Of a stretch of 64,000 nt of DNA, positions 50,170 through 62,238 are shown piece after piece (positions within the stretch are counted from its first letter, which is position 1; every line of letters starts with the position of its first letter). Both the position numbers and the translations under genes were made by a program. The stretch is taken from the NCBI GenBank assembly GCA_043228905.1, contig JBHGNT010000017.1:17608001-17672000 (forward strand), in the 5' to 3' direction. The stretch is from Azolla caroliniana (taxonomy: Eukaryota > Plantae > Polypodiophyta). The notes under the pieces were generated by a model. The model was not told the DNA's origin. It worked only from the letters and a program-made list of their open reading frames with translations, and made no database searches.

Positions 50170-53100
50170 TGTTGGGGACAAGTCCCTCAATGCGGAAGTG
50201 CAAGCAACATTCGTGATGAAGAAGAACCTGTGTATGAGAATGAACGAGATACTCATGCAGAGAGAGAGAGAGAGAGAGATAGGCACAAAAGAAGCTTTAT
50301 ATTCCAATCGTAATAGTTACAAAGAATGACAACAACCTCCAACTTAAGGTTACAAAGTCACTATATATAGTGACTATCCTAGGGCAACTGCCCTTTATGC
50401 TATTTACAGAAATAGCCCAAACTTGGGTTGTCCAAAGGGACAGTGTGAATATGTCCATTATACACTTGTATTCGACACTCCCCCGTAATGGGCACATACA
50501 TGGGTTATCTAAAAAATTACAGGTATACACAAGGTTTATCGGACAGATCGGTTTTGTTAGAGTCAGCAAGATCTGAAGACAGAAGACCGAACCGGTTGGG
50601 TCGGAAGAGCTGAAGCCGATCCTCAAAGAACCAATGTGGGTGGTCCAAAACCATCTTGTGTTGTCTGTCCGACTTTAACCGGACCGATTTTTCGTTACGC
50701 CCATCTGGTGCCGAAGGGACCGGAAGCGATTCGCCAATAGACACTTGGTCATTCCATCTGCGACATTATCGGTTGTGGATATCTTCTCGAGACCGATTTT
50801 CCCTGAAATGACGTAGTCCCGAACGAAGTGATATCGAACGTTGATATGCTTGGAGGCGTTGAGGTGAACCGGATTCTTTGACAAAGCAACAACACCCTGA
50901 CTGTCGTTGTAGACAACTAGAGCCGAGTCGGAGTCGACTTGTCGAAACGTGTGCGCCAGTTGACCGAGCCATAAGGCTTCTTTTGCCGCGTCGTACGTAG
51001 TTACATATTCCGCTTCAGTTGTTGAGGTGGTTGTGCACTCCTGAAGTTTCGACTTCCACGAGATTGCTCCATTGCCGAATTTGAAACATTATCCGGTTGT
51101 TGATTTCCGACTGTCCATGTAGCCGGCGAAGTCCGAGTCGGTGTAATCGACTACGCCTGAGGTTGAGTTCGGGCCGAAAAGAATGCAATGGTCTTTTGTG
51201 CCAGCTAGATATCTGAACACATGCTTGACTGCGTTCCAGTGCGATCGGCCAGGGTTGTGCATGAATCTGCTAACGATTCCTACGACGTGAGAAATATCAG
51301 GCTGTGTCGCGACCATCGCGTACATAAGGGAGCCAACTGTCGGTGCATATGGTACCGACTTCATATCTTCCCCCTCCGGACTAGATGTCGGGCAGTCTCG
51401 CTGAGATAGCTGAAGGTTAATGGGGAGTGGGGTCGAAGCAGACTTGGCCGAGTGCATGTTGAAGCGTTCCAAGACACGTCCGATGTAGTCGGTTTGAGAC
51501 AAGAAAAGTTGTCATTTATTGCGATGCCGACTAATCTTCATACCAAATATGTGTCTTGCCGGACCGAGGTCCTTCATGGCAAACTTCAACCACAGTTTCC
51601 GAACGAGTTCGGTGAACTCTCCGGCATGTCAGACGGAGAGTAGCACGTCGTTCACGTAAATGATGAGGAAGATGGGAGACCCGTCTTGAGCTGTTTTGGT
51701 AAAGAGACATTGGTCCTCATCGCTCTTGGAGAAGCCGACCGACTGGATGAAGTCGTCAAACTTCTTGTACCACTGTCGGGGTGCCTGTTTCAGGATGTAT
51801 AAACTCTTCTTGAGTCGGCAGACTAGATGTACCTGAGCGGATGCCACAAAGCCTTTCGGCTGCTCCATATAGATTTCCTCCTATAGGTCACCGTGGAGGA
51901 ATGTCATTTTTACATCTAGCTGAATCAACTCCAAGTTGTCGGCGGCCACAACGCCAAGCATGAAACGAAGGGTCGTCATTTTCACCATTGGTGAAAGATT
52001 TCATCGAAGTCAACGCCATATTCTTGTCTAAATCCCTTCGCAACTAATTTGGCCTTGTACTTTGGGTTAGTCAAGTCAAACGTCTCTTTTAGTCGATAGA
52101 CCCACTTAAATGGAAGAGCACGTCGGTTCTTCGGTAATTCGACCATGTCCCAAGTCTTGTTTGCCCAAATGGAGTGCATTTCCGACTCCATCGCCAAATG
52201 CCATGTGGCTGAATCGGCAAATGCCGATGCTTCTTCGTAAGACGTCGGTTCGCCGGCGTCGGTGAAGAAAATTCCAGGAGAGTACCTCTCCGAAGGTTGC
52301 AACAGTCTCTCGGATCTGCGAGGTATGATTGGACTAGTCGCACCGGGTGTCGATGTCGGATGGTCGGAAGCCGAGTCACTCGGTTGTGCTGAATCGGTTG
52401 ATTCAGTGCGGGAGGTGTCGGTTATCCGTGAAACCGATCTCGTGTTGTGGGTTGGGCCTTCATGAAGGGTTGGCACTTCGGAAAATACTACCCTTTGGAC
52501 TTCAATAGGCATAGCCGACTCATTGAACACGACGTCCGAACTTCGGACGATTTGTCTGTGCTCGGGGTCCCAGAGTCGGTATCCAATCTTGCCGTCGGGT
52601 CCATATCCAAGGAAAACACATTTCCTTGATCTTGGTTCGAGTTTTCGGTGGTCATCTTTCGGTATGAGGGCATACGCTTCGCAACCGAAGATCCTCAGCT
52701 TGTCATAATTCGGCTTACTGCCGGTCCATGTTTCCTGAGGTATTTTAAGTCCTAGAGGTCTACTTGGTGACATATTTATTATGTGTATTGACGTAAGTAG
52801 AGCCTCCCGCCTAGAAGCCATCCGACAGTCCGGAGTGTTGGAGCATGGATACTATGCGTTCTTGAATCGTCTGATTCATGCATTTAGCAATTCCGTTTTG
52901 CTCTAGACTATAGGATGTCGTATATTCACGTCGAATGCCGCGTTCGCGGCAAAATTTGACGAATTCTTTAGACTTGAATTCTTCTCTATTGTCGGTTCGG
53001 AGACATTTCAATTTCCGACCGGTCTGATTTTCGACCATTGCAAGCCATTCGGAGAAGATCGAGAACACCCGATCTTTGGTTCTAATGGGGTAAGCCCACA

Positions 53101-53561
53101 CCTTCCGAGTCAAGTCGTCAATGAAACTGACGAAGTACGAAGCACCGTCGAGAGACTGATGTGGCATCGGGCCACAAACGTCCGAGTGGACCAAATTGAG
53201 GGGACTCGATTCTCTTGGTGCTGATGTCAGGTGTGATGTGACTACTTGTTTGCCGTACTGGCAATGCTCGCAGAATTGGTGATCTGAGAAGGAGAGTTTG
53301 GGGATGTAACTGGCTCTGGATAGGTGCGTTATTTCGGCCTTGCTGAGGTGTGCAAGTCGTCTGTGCCATAACGATGACACGGGGATATCAACCAAAACTA
53401 AGTCATCCTCTTTGAGTGTGACATATAAAGGGTACAAGGAATGTACCTTTGGTCCTCGAGCAAGCAGGAGGTTCCCTTTGTGGAGTATCCACCCTCCTGA
53501 TGAGAATCTGGCACGGATGCCGGCTTCGTCAAGCTGTCCAACTGAGATCAGGGGTCTTGAG
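50170..53561 (-). mobile_element. Ty1/Copia I (Tnt1/Tork-like), 3' part, degenerate; interrupted by G
   Basis: 3' LTR 50170-50477, PPT 50478-50484. RNase H (KHINVRYHF), RT (SLYILKQAPRQW), integrase (LRTDN..QNGIA) and LISVGQL. Confidence 0.92.
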
Positions 53562-53988
53562 TGTCATGATATGACAAGCCTCGAACCCATGACCTTATGG
53601 TATATGGGTCGAGCTCTTAACCATCACACCATCTATTGTAATTCATAGGATATTATTTTCATTTATGTTTTATTATAAGAAAGTAATGTATATTCCAGAT
53701 TTCTCTGGAACATTCTAGAAGTTTCAGGATTACTCCTGACAACACTATAAAAGAAGGCACTAGGCATTATGTTGAACCAAATTGGTTCAACACTAGTCTT
53801 AAGCCTCTTAGCCGCTTTGTACTTATCTTTTCACATAATATATTAGCTGTTGTCATCATCTTTCTCTCTCTCTCTCTCCTCTTCTCACTTCCTCTCTCGG
53901 GAATGTTACGTAGTCCCGTCCTCTTAGTACTAATAGTACTGCTCTTCTTAGTACTAATTCCATCTCTGCTTTAGTACTATTCCTGACA
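53562..53988 (+). repeat. 5' LTR of G
   Basis: TGTCA...TGACA termini; TATA at 53746; followed by GTTTG as in B and D. Confidence 0.88.
53570..53635 (-). promoter_or_regulatory. tRNA-like A/B-box module in the G LTR, antisense
   Basis: Minus strand TGGTGTGATGGTTAAG..AAGGTC ATGGG TTCGAGG CTTGT. Confidence 0.65.
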
Positions 53989-54061
53989 GTTTGAACTAAT
54001 TTTCCCTTTCCTCCAGCCTACTTGTCGTTCTCCCTCCTCCTCCTACCCTTTTCCCTATACT

Positions 54062-55223
54062 ATGGCTACTGTTAGCGCCCAAGAATATCAATCCGTTTTC
54101 TCCGAGTTACAGTGCCTAAAAGAAAAGTTTGTTGCCTTGGAACAAGAAAACCAACGGTTGATAGGGGATCTCCAACAAATCGCTCTCGAAAAACAACAAA
54201 CGCAACAACAACATGGGGAGTTAGCATTACGGGTACAACAACTCGAAGCAGCGTTGCAACAACAAGAATCAAGTCCCCAAGGATTTCATAAAGAGCCCAA
54301 GATTGGACTTTCTGTGAAATTTGATGGAACGTGATCGCAATTCTGGGGATTCCTTAATCAGGTACGCTTAGTCATCTAGATGCATCCTTCCCGATATCCC
54401 ACTGATGCATCTCGAGTCGGCCTAATAGGCACGTTACTTAGCGGCTCAGCCTTGGCATGGTTCGCTCCGCTTCTAGAAAAACAATCACCCTTGCTTAATA
54501 ACTTTGAAGATTTTATTGGTGAGTTTAAAGCCTGCTTTGGAGATACCGACAGCATCAGGACGGCGATCAACAAGATCCGAAGATTGCGTCAAGGCGATCG
54601 TCCAGCCTCTGCCTACGCGGCGGATTTCCGTCTACTCGCCTCAGATATTCCCTAGGATGATCAAGCCCTCATGGAGCAGTTTTGCTATGGCTTGCGCAAT
54701 GATGTCAAAGATCTGCTTTTAACCTTCCCCGAAGAACCAAAGTAAGTCTCTTACGGAGGCAATCAATCGAGTGGTCCGATGCGACAACCGCCTTTTCGAA
54801 CGATGTTCGGAGCGTCAGTTACAAATACCACACTCTCGGCCGGAACCCACATACGCCTCAGTCACGGCTAAACCGTTTGCACGCGATGTACCTCAAGCCA
54901 ATATTCCGACACCGATGGAGATCGACACCATGCGTCGATGCGGCTTGTTATCGGAAGAATAAAAGCAACGATGACGTGCCAATCGATTATGCCTTTATTG
55001 CGGTGGACCAGGGCATATCGCCATCAATTGTCCCCATAGGCCAAGAAGACAGGTCAATCAAATCGTCGCCTGTACTAAACCCGAGTCAATTCTTCCCTTC
55101 GGAGTGTCTGATAGTATTAATAGTACTAATAGAGTGTTAGATAGTATTCATAGTACTAATAGCCCAAGTATGTCAAACAAATTTGAAATCCTTAGTCAAT
55201 TAGATGAAGAGTTAAACGATTGA
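54062..55223 (+). pseudogene. gag: G gag
   Basis: Homologous to D gag with several stops and a frameshift. Confidence 0.9.
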
Positions 55224-56799
55224 GTCCAGCCAAAATAGGAGCCGTTTGGTTGGACAGCTGCCCTAGATCTGTACAGCCCATTAGTGGTTCCATTCCTTCC
55301 AAGCAAGTTAGCAATGTGTTCCTAGCCCAAGTCATTGTTAGTACTAAAAGTACTCCACCAGTACCCGTCCTAGCACTCTTAGATTCCGGAGCTAATTCCT
55401 GTTTCATGGATCGAAATTTTGCCCAAGCTTCTCAGATATCCCTAAGAAAACTTCCTTGTCCCGCATCTGTAGTAGTCATTGATGGTCGTCCCATTGCTTC
55501 CGGGAATACTGTAGAAGAATCAGAACCCATTCAAGTTGTCTTAGGTAGTTTTGTGTGTGTAATATCATTTAATATAATTAGTAGTCCAGAGCATCCCATT
55601 GTCCTAGGATTACCTTGGTTTGAATTACATAATCCAGCCATAGATTGGAGAACAAGAGAAGTCTGATATCGACCACCCCAAGATTCTACTCACCGAGTTT
55701 CGACCATTTCACTCCATCAATTACGCGACGAAGGACACAAGGAGGCAATGTTCCTATTTGCAATATCAGTATATCCTTCCAGCAGTATTAAGAAGGACTC
55801 CTCAGTACAATTTCCGGCAAAATATCATCCTTATGCCGATGTATTTGACAAGGTAAAAGTTGGTACCCTTCCTCATCACCGTCCCTATGACTGTCCCATC
55901 GATTTACAACCAAGAACCAAGCCACCATGGGGACCAATTTACAACTTGTCACCCACCGAGTTAGAAGTCCTTCGAGCCTACATAGAGGAGAACTTGGCAA
56001 GCGGGTTCATCCGTCATTCGAAATCTCCGGCCGGTGCACCCATCTTCTGTGTCAAGAAGAAAGATGGCTCACTTTGTCTCGTCGTTGATTACCGCAGATT
56101 GAATAAGGTCACCATCCGGAATAGGTATGCACTTCCTCTTATATCAAGTCTTTTAGAGCGAGTTAATGGTGCCAAGTTTTTTACCAAAATCGATCTGCGA
56201 GGAGCGTATAACCTCGTGCGGATCCGACCGGGAGATGAATGGAAGACCGCCTTTCGCACGCGGTATGTGCCTTTCGAGTATACTGTTATGCCATTCGGCC
56301 TAACCAATGCACCCGCAATCTTCCAACACATGGCAAATGATATATTCAGAGACCTCTTGGATATCTGTTTGATCATCTATCTTGATGATCTATTGATTTA
56401 TTCGAAGACCCAACAAGAGCACGATTCTCATGTACTATTAGTACTAAAGCGACTCCGCGAGAATGGTCTTTATGCCAAGCTAGAAAAATGTAGCTTTGAC
56501 TGCAAGCAAGTGGAATTTCTAGGCTACGTCATCTCCTCAAAGGGCATCGCCATGGATCCAGCTAAAGTCCAAACTGTACTAGAGTGGCAAATTCCACAAT
56601 CGGTACGAGATGTACAATGTTTTCTAGGTTTTGCTAACTTCTACCGTAAGTTTATACAGGATTACTCGAAGATTATCTTACCCCTCACACAACTTACGAA
56701 GAAGGGCCAAGCATTTCTTTGGTCCATTGAAGCAGATATGGCTTTTCAGCATCTTAAGAAAGCCTTTACATCAGCACCAATTCTAGCTCATGTGGATAC
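55211..56799 (+). pseudogene. pol: G pol segment 1 (PR, RT)
   Basis: LLDSGANS and YLDD; resumes at 62239 after H. Confidence 0.92.
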
Positions 56800-57308
56800 T
56801 GTTAAGAAAACGTGAAGAAGGCACTCGGGCTCTTCTTTTGTATGCGCGGCGGATCGTAGTGTGCTGGATCGTTAGCGTGCTCTAAACAGACAGAGAAAGG
56901 AAAGGGGACTTACCTCTGTAGTAGCAAAATGGTTTTCTTCTATTACATGTAGAGCTCAACTTGCTCTCGTCAGTCTTCTGGTCTCTCACTCTCTCTCAGA
57001 GTTCTCTACTCACTATTCTCTGTTTTTTTCTTACTTCTTACTTCCTATTCTCTCTCACTTACTTTTACCTAAGTCATAAGTTATTACACATGCAGCTAAT
57101 TAGCTGCCAGTAGCTAATTAGCTGTCAGTCGCTAAATAGCTGTTCACTAGCTAATTAGCTGTCACTAGCTAAATAGTTGTTTTACCTTTTTGTTCACTAG
57201 TAGCTAAATAGCTACTATAGCTTATTTCTCATAAGCATCACATACCATGTTGAGCTTGCTTCTCAACACTCCCCCTCAAGCTCAACTTATTCTTGCTTGA
57301 GGTTCTCT

Positions 57309-60300
57309 TCAATCTTCTTTTCCATTTTGCTTTTTAGCCATCTCATCAATGTCTACAACTCCCATCATGTTCCGAAACTGTGTATGCTTTTCCACACTCA
57401 ATCCCTTTGTGAGAATATCAGCAACTTGCTGATTTGTATTCACATACACCAGATCAACTTCTCCTTCAATCACTTTTTCTCTAACAAAGTGATAATGCAC
57501 TTCAATGTGCTTTGTTCTTGCATGGAACACAGGGTTCTTTGCAAGTTGAATGCTGCTCATGTTGTCACACCAGATTGTGACAGTACCGTCTATATACTCT
57601 CCCAAATCAGCAAGCAATCTTCTAATCCATACCTCTTCACAAGTGGCTATGGCAGCTCCTCTGTACTCAGCTTCAGTACTAGACAATGCAACAGTAGCCT
57701 GTTTCTTGCTACTCCATGAAATACCTGCACTTCCCAATGTAAAGATATATCCACTTGTGGATCTCCTGTCTGTTTGGCTTCCAGCCCAATCAGCATCTGT
57801 ATATCCTTCTAGATTTATGTCTAGATCAGCCCTGTAAAATAGTCCAAAGTTCTGAGTTGCTTTTACATACCTCAGGATCCTTCTGATGCAGTCCAAATGT
57901 GGCTTTGTTGGCTGTTGCATAAACTGGCTGACTAATCCAACAGCATAGCTCAGATCAGGTCTTGTTATAGTCAAATAAATAAGGCTGCCCACCATAGACC
58001 TGTACATGTTTACATCTTCTATCTTGGCTCCCAAATCAGCCCTCAACTTGCAGTTTTTATCAAGTGGTACAGCAATAGGTTTGCATCCAAGCATACCATA
58101 CTTTTTCAACATAGTTGTTGCATACTGTTTTTGCAACATACATATACCACTTTCAGATCTGATGATTTCAATACCAAGAAAATATCTCAGATCTCCCAAA
58201 TCTTTCATATGAAACTGCATTTCCAGATTTTTTTTCAACTTTCTTATTTCATCCACGGAATCTCCTCCAATAATCAAATCATCTACATAAATCAGAATAA
58301 TAACAATGCAATCATTTTCACTTTTTACATACAAAGAAGGATCAGCTTTTGACATTTTGAAACCAAGATTTTTCAGAGAATCTGAAAGTTCTCTATGCCA
58401 TGCTCTTGGTGCCTGTTTCAGTCCATAGAGGGCTTTTTTCAGCTTACATACATAATCAGGATGTTTCTTATCTTCAAAACCTGGTGGTTGACTCATATAC
58501 ACTTCTTCTTCCAAGTTACCATGTAAAAAGGCATTTTTTACATCCATGTGATGCAAAATCCATTTTCTGGCTGCTCCTACAGCAAGTAGTGTTCTCAGGG
58601 TTGCCATCTTTGCAACCGGTGCAAAAGTCTCATCATAATCAATCCCTTGCATCTGAGCATATCCTTTTGCAACCAATCTTGCTTTATGTCTACTTACATT
58701 CCCATTGGAGTCATGCTTTGTCTTGTAGACCCATTTGCAGCCTACCACATTTTTCTCTTTTGGTAACTTCACTAAATCCCACGTTTTGTTCTCAGCCAAT
58801 GCATCAATCTCTTCTTGCATTGCATCCATCCATTTCTTCTCAGATTTTGCTTCTTCAAAGCTGTTTGGGTCAGGGATCTGTACCACCTTAGACATATATG
58901 CATAGTGCATAGCCATATATGTATCATACCCAAATCTTTCCACAGTCTTTTTCTCTCTATTTGATCTTCTCAGTTTCTGATTTGCATTCTTTATTGCCTT
59001 TTCCATACCAGGGATTTTCATTTCCTGTATTCCAAGGAAATCATCCAAAGACATATCTGAATCTTCATCTTCCATGTTTTTTGATAGGTCATCCGGGATT
59101 TCATACTCTGGCATTTTCTGTTTTCCTTTTTTGTCATCAGATTTTTTCTGTCCAGTTTTTCCACTCCATGAATTTGAATCAGATTTACCATCTGAGCTTT
59201 TTGATGGTCCAGAACATTCTGTTGATGTTGGACTTTGCTGTCCAACCTTGTCTCCATCTCTGTGACAGTCTTCTACATTTTCTGATCTGTCTTTGTCTTC
59301 ATCTTGACAGTCTTCATCAGTCTCTAGATTCTGTTTTGGGCTGTACCAACTAGCCAACTCATCAAATATCACATCTCGACTTGTCACAATCTTTTTAGTC
59401 ACAGGGTTATAACATATGTACCCTTTTTGTTCTTCTGAATATCCAACAAAGATACATTTTTCTGCTTTTGGATCCCACTTACTTCTTACTTCTACAGGCA
59501 CATGTACATATGCAAGGCATCCAAACACTTTCAAGTGTTGTAAGCTAGGCTTCCTGCCATAAAAACACTCTTCAGGAGTTGCCTCATGTACTCCTGATGT
59601 AATACATCTATTTAAAATGTAATTTGCTGTATTTACAGCTTCTGCCCCAATAGTATAATGGCATGTTCTTCTCAGTCATCACTGCCCTTGTTATGTTCGC
59701 CAAGGTTCTGTTTTTCCTCTCAGCAACTCCATTTTGCTGTGGAGTATATCGGCATGTGAACTGTCTTCTTATTCCCTGATTACACAAAAAATCAGAAAAT
59801 TCATTGGAGAAATACTCTCCTCCTCCATCAGATCTCAAACATTTTATCCTTGTACCAGCCTGCTTTTCTACCATGCATTTAAACTTACGAAAACAGTCAA
59901 ATACTTCACTTTTCTCCTTCATGAAGTACACCCATGTCTTCCGTGAACAATCATCAATAAATGTAACATAAAATCTGCATCCACCAATAGATGCATTCTT
60001 TGTTGGTCCCCATACATCTGTATGTACCAAATCCAATAGATTTTTGCTTACATGTCTCTCATGAGGGAATGGCAACCTGTTTTGCTTACCATATTGACAT
60101 GCTTCACATACTTTTCCCATTTCACACTTTTTCAAGTTTGGCAGTCCAGCCACTGCATCTTTTCTCAACATATTCTTTAATGTTTGCATACTTATATGGC
60201 CAATCCTTTTATGCCACATTTCCACATCTGAGATTACACTCGTTCCATTTGCAAACATGGCTGAAAACTGTTTGGGCATTTCTACATCCAAGATAAACAT

Positions 60301-61635
60301 TCTTCCTTGTCTCTTCCCTTTTGCAATGAGCTTCCCATTCTTTTCTATATAGCATCCACTTTGCTTAAACTTCACTTGCATACCTTGCTCTACAATCTGT
60401 CCAACAGAAATCAGATTCTTAGCAAGGTTTGGAACATGCATCACATTCAACATATACTTGGTTTTTCCTCTTTCTTCCCACAATGGGATATCTCCAACAT
60501 GTTTTATTTGGTGAGTTGTGTCATCACCTGTTTGTACATAACCAGGAACCTCTAGTTCTCTTAAACTCTCAAACCAATTTGCATGTCCAGTCATATGGTT
60601 AGATGCCCCCGAGTCTACATACCACGTAAACTCTTCATTACATTTCTGTGAGCTTTCAGCCACTGCTGCTATCTCATGTTGCACTACAAAACCACCTTCC
60701 TTTTCACAATCTTCACTAGTAGAGGCATAGTTACTCTGTTGTCCTTTTCCTCTTTTCTCATCATTTTGTTTCTTGTAACATTCAGCCTGTGTATGGCCTG
60801 GTTTACCACAATACCAGCAGCCATCATCATTTACATAAGTTTGCTTACCTCTACCTCGGTTGCTCCCCCTGCCTCTGTTGTTGTTTCCTCCTCTATGAGC
60901 TTGTTGTCCTCTTCCTTGAAAGCCATTATTATTGGTTCTTCCTGAGCCAAATCTTCCATGGCCTCTTCCTCGGCCTCTTCCGGCATTATTATAGAGGGCT
61001 TGCCCCTCGTTCTCTGAGTTTCCTTTATTTGCATCATCCATCTGATTCCTTTCCTCTACCACAAGCATTGAGACCAGATCTGAAAAACTTGGGATACTAT
61101 CCCTTGTGAGCATAGAAGTTTTAAAACTCTTGTATTGAGGTCCTAAGCCTCTTAAGCATATTTCCACTTTGTCATCATCTTCTATCTTCACATTGATAGA
61201 AGCAAGTGATTCACATATACTCTTGATTTTTAGGGCATATTCATTTATTGACATCTTACCTTTCTCCAAGGTATTTAGCTCAGTCTTTAACTGGAGCTTT
61301 CTAGCCTTTGTGTTCACAGCAAACAGTTTTACCAAGTTGTCCCAAGCTTCCTTTGGGAGCTTAGCATCTTGTATATGCCCAAGCATTGAATCTGAGATGC
61401 TGAGTGATAGCCAATGCATTACTTTCCTTGCCCCTTGATTCCAATCTTTAAATGCCTTAATATGTGCAGCTGTTGCATTCTCTTCTGGGATCTCTGGAGC
61501 CTCTTCTAGGTCTCCTTCAATGTAATCCCAGTATCCTTTCCCCATCAGAAAGTTTGTCATTCTGAATTTCCACGCCGGGAAATTGTTTTTATCTAATTTC
61601 TCTGTGACCATTTGGCCTACATTCTCTGCAGCCAT
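57309..61635 (-). CDS. Copia H Gag-PR-IN-RT-RNase H polyprotein with one frameshift at 59645-59648
   Basis: ORFs of 675 aa and 741 aa: CWYCGKPGH, DSGAS, RSDGGGEY, YVDD, DADWAG, KHIEVHYHF. Confidence 0.93.
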
Positions 61636-61767
61636 TTTTTTCCTTCCAAAAAACCAGGGTTTTGCTTTAGTTACTTCAACAAGTAACTTTCTGATTTCTG
61701 ATCAGCAACCAGAGAAATAACTTTCTCAGATTAAGGCACTGCTATACTCTTCCTTACGAGCTACTCT

Positions 61768-61779
61768 GCTCTGATACCA
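61768..61779 (-). promoter_or_regulatory. Primer binding site for initiator tRNA-Met (Copia H)
   Basis: TGGTATCAGAGC on the minus strand next to the LTR. Confidence 0.95.
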
Positions 61780-62238
61780 TGTTAAGAAAACGTGAAGAAG
61801 GCACTCGGGCTCTTCTTTTGTATGCGCGGCGGATCGTTAGCGTGCTCTAAACAGACAGAGAAAGGAAAGGGGACTTACCTCTGTAGTAGCAAAATGGTTT
61901 TCTTCTATTACATGTAGAGCTCAACTTGCTCTCGTCAGTCTTCTGGTCTCTCACTCTCTCTCAGAGTTCTCTACTCACTATTCTCTGTTTTTTTCTTACT
62001 TCTTACTTCCTATTCTCTCTCACTTACTTTTACCTAAGTCATAAGTTATTACACATGCAGCTAATTAGCTGCCAGTAGCTAATTAGCTGTCAGTCGCTAA
62101 ATAGCTGTTCACTAGCTAATTAGCTGTCACTAGCTAAATAGCTGTTTTACCTTTTTGTTCACTAGTAGCTAAATAGCTACTATAGCTTATTTCTCATAAG
62201 CATCACATACCATGTTGAGCTTGCTTCTCAACAGATAC

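Larger units (their letters stand above)
56800..62233 (-). mobile_element. Ty1/Copia H, full length, young, near-intact
   Basis: LTRs 61780-62233 and 56800-57268 (15-bp indel, about 1 substitution seen), TSD GATAC, Met PBS 61768-61779, PPT 57269-57277. Confidence 0.97.
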
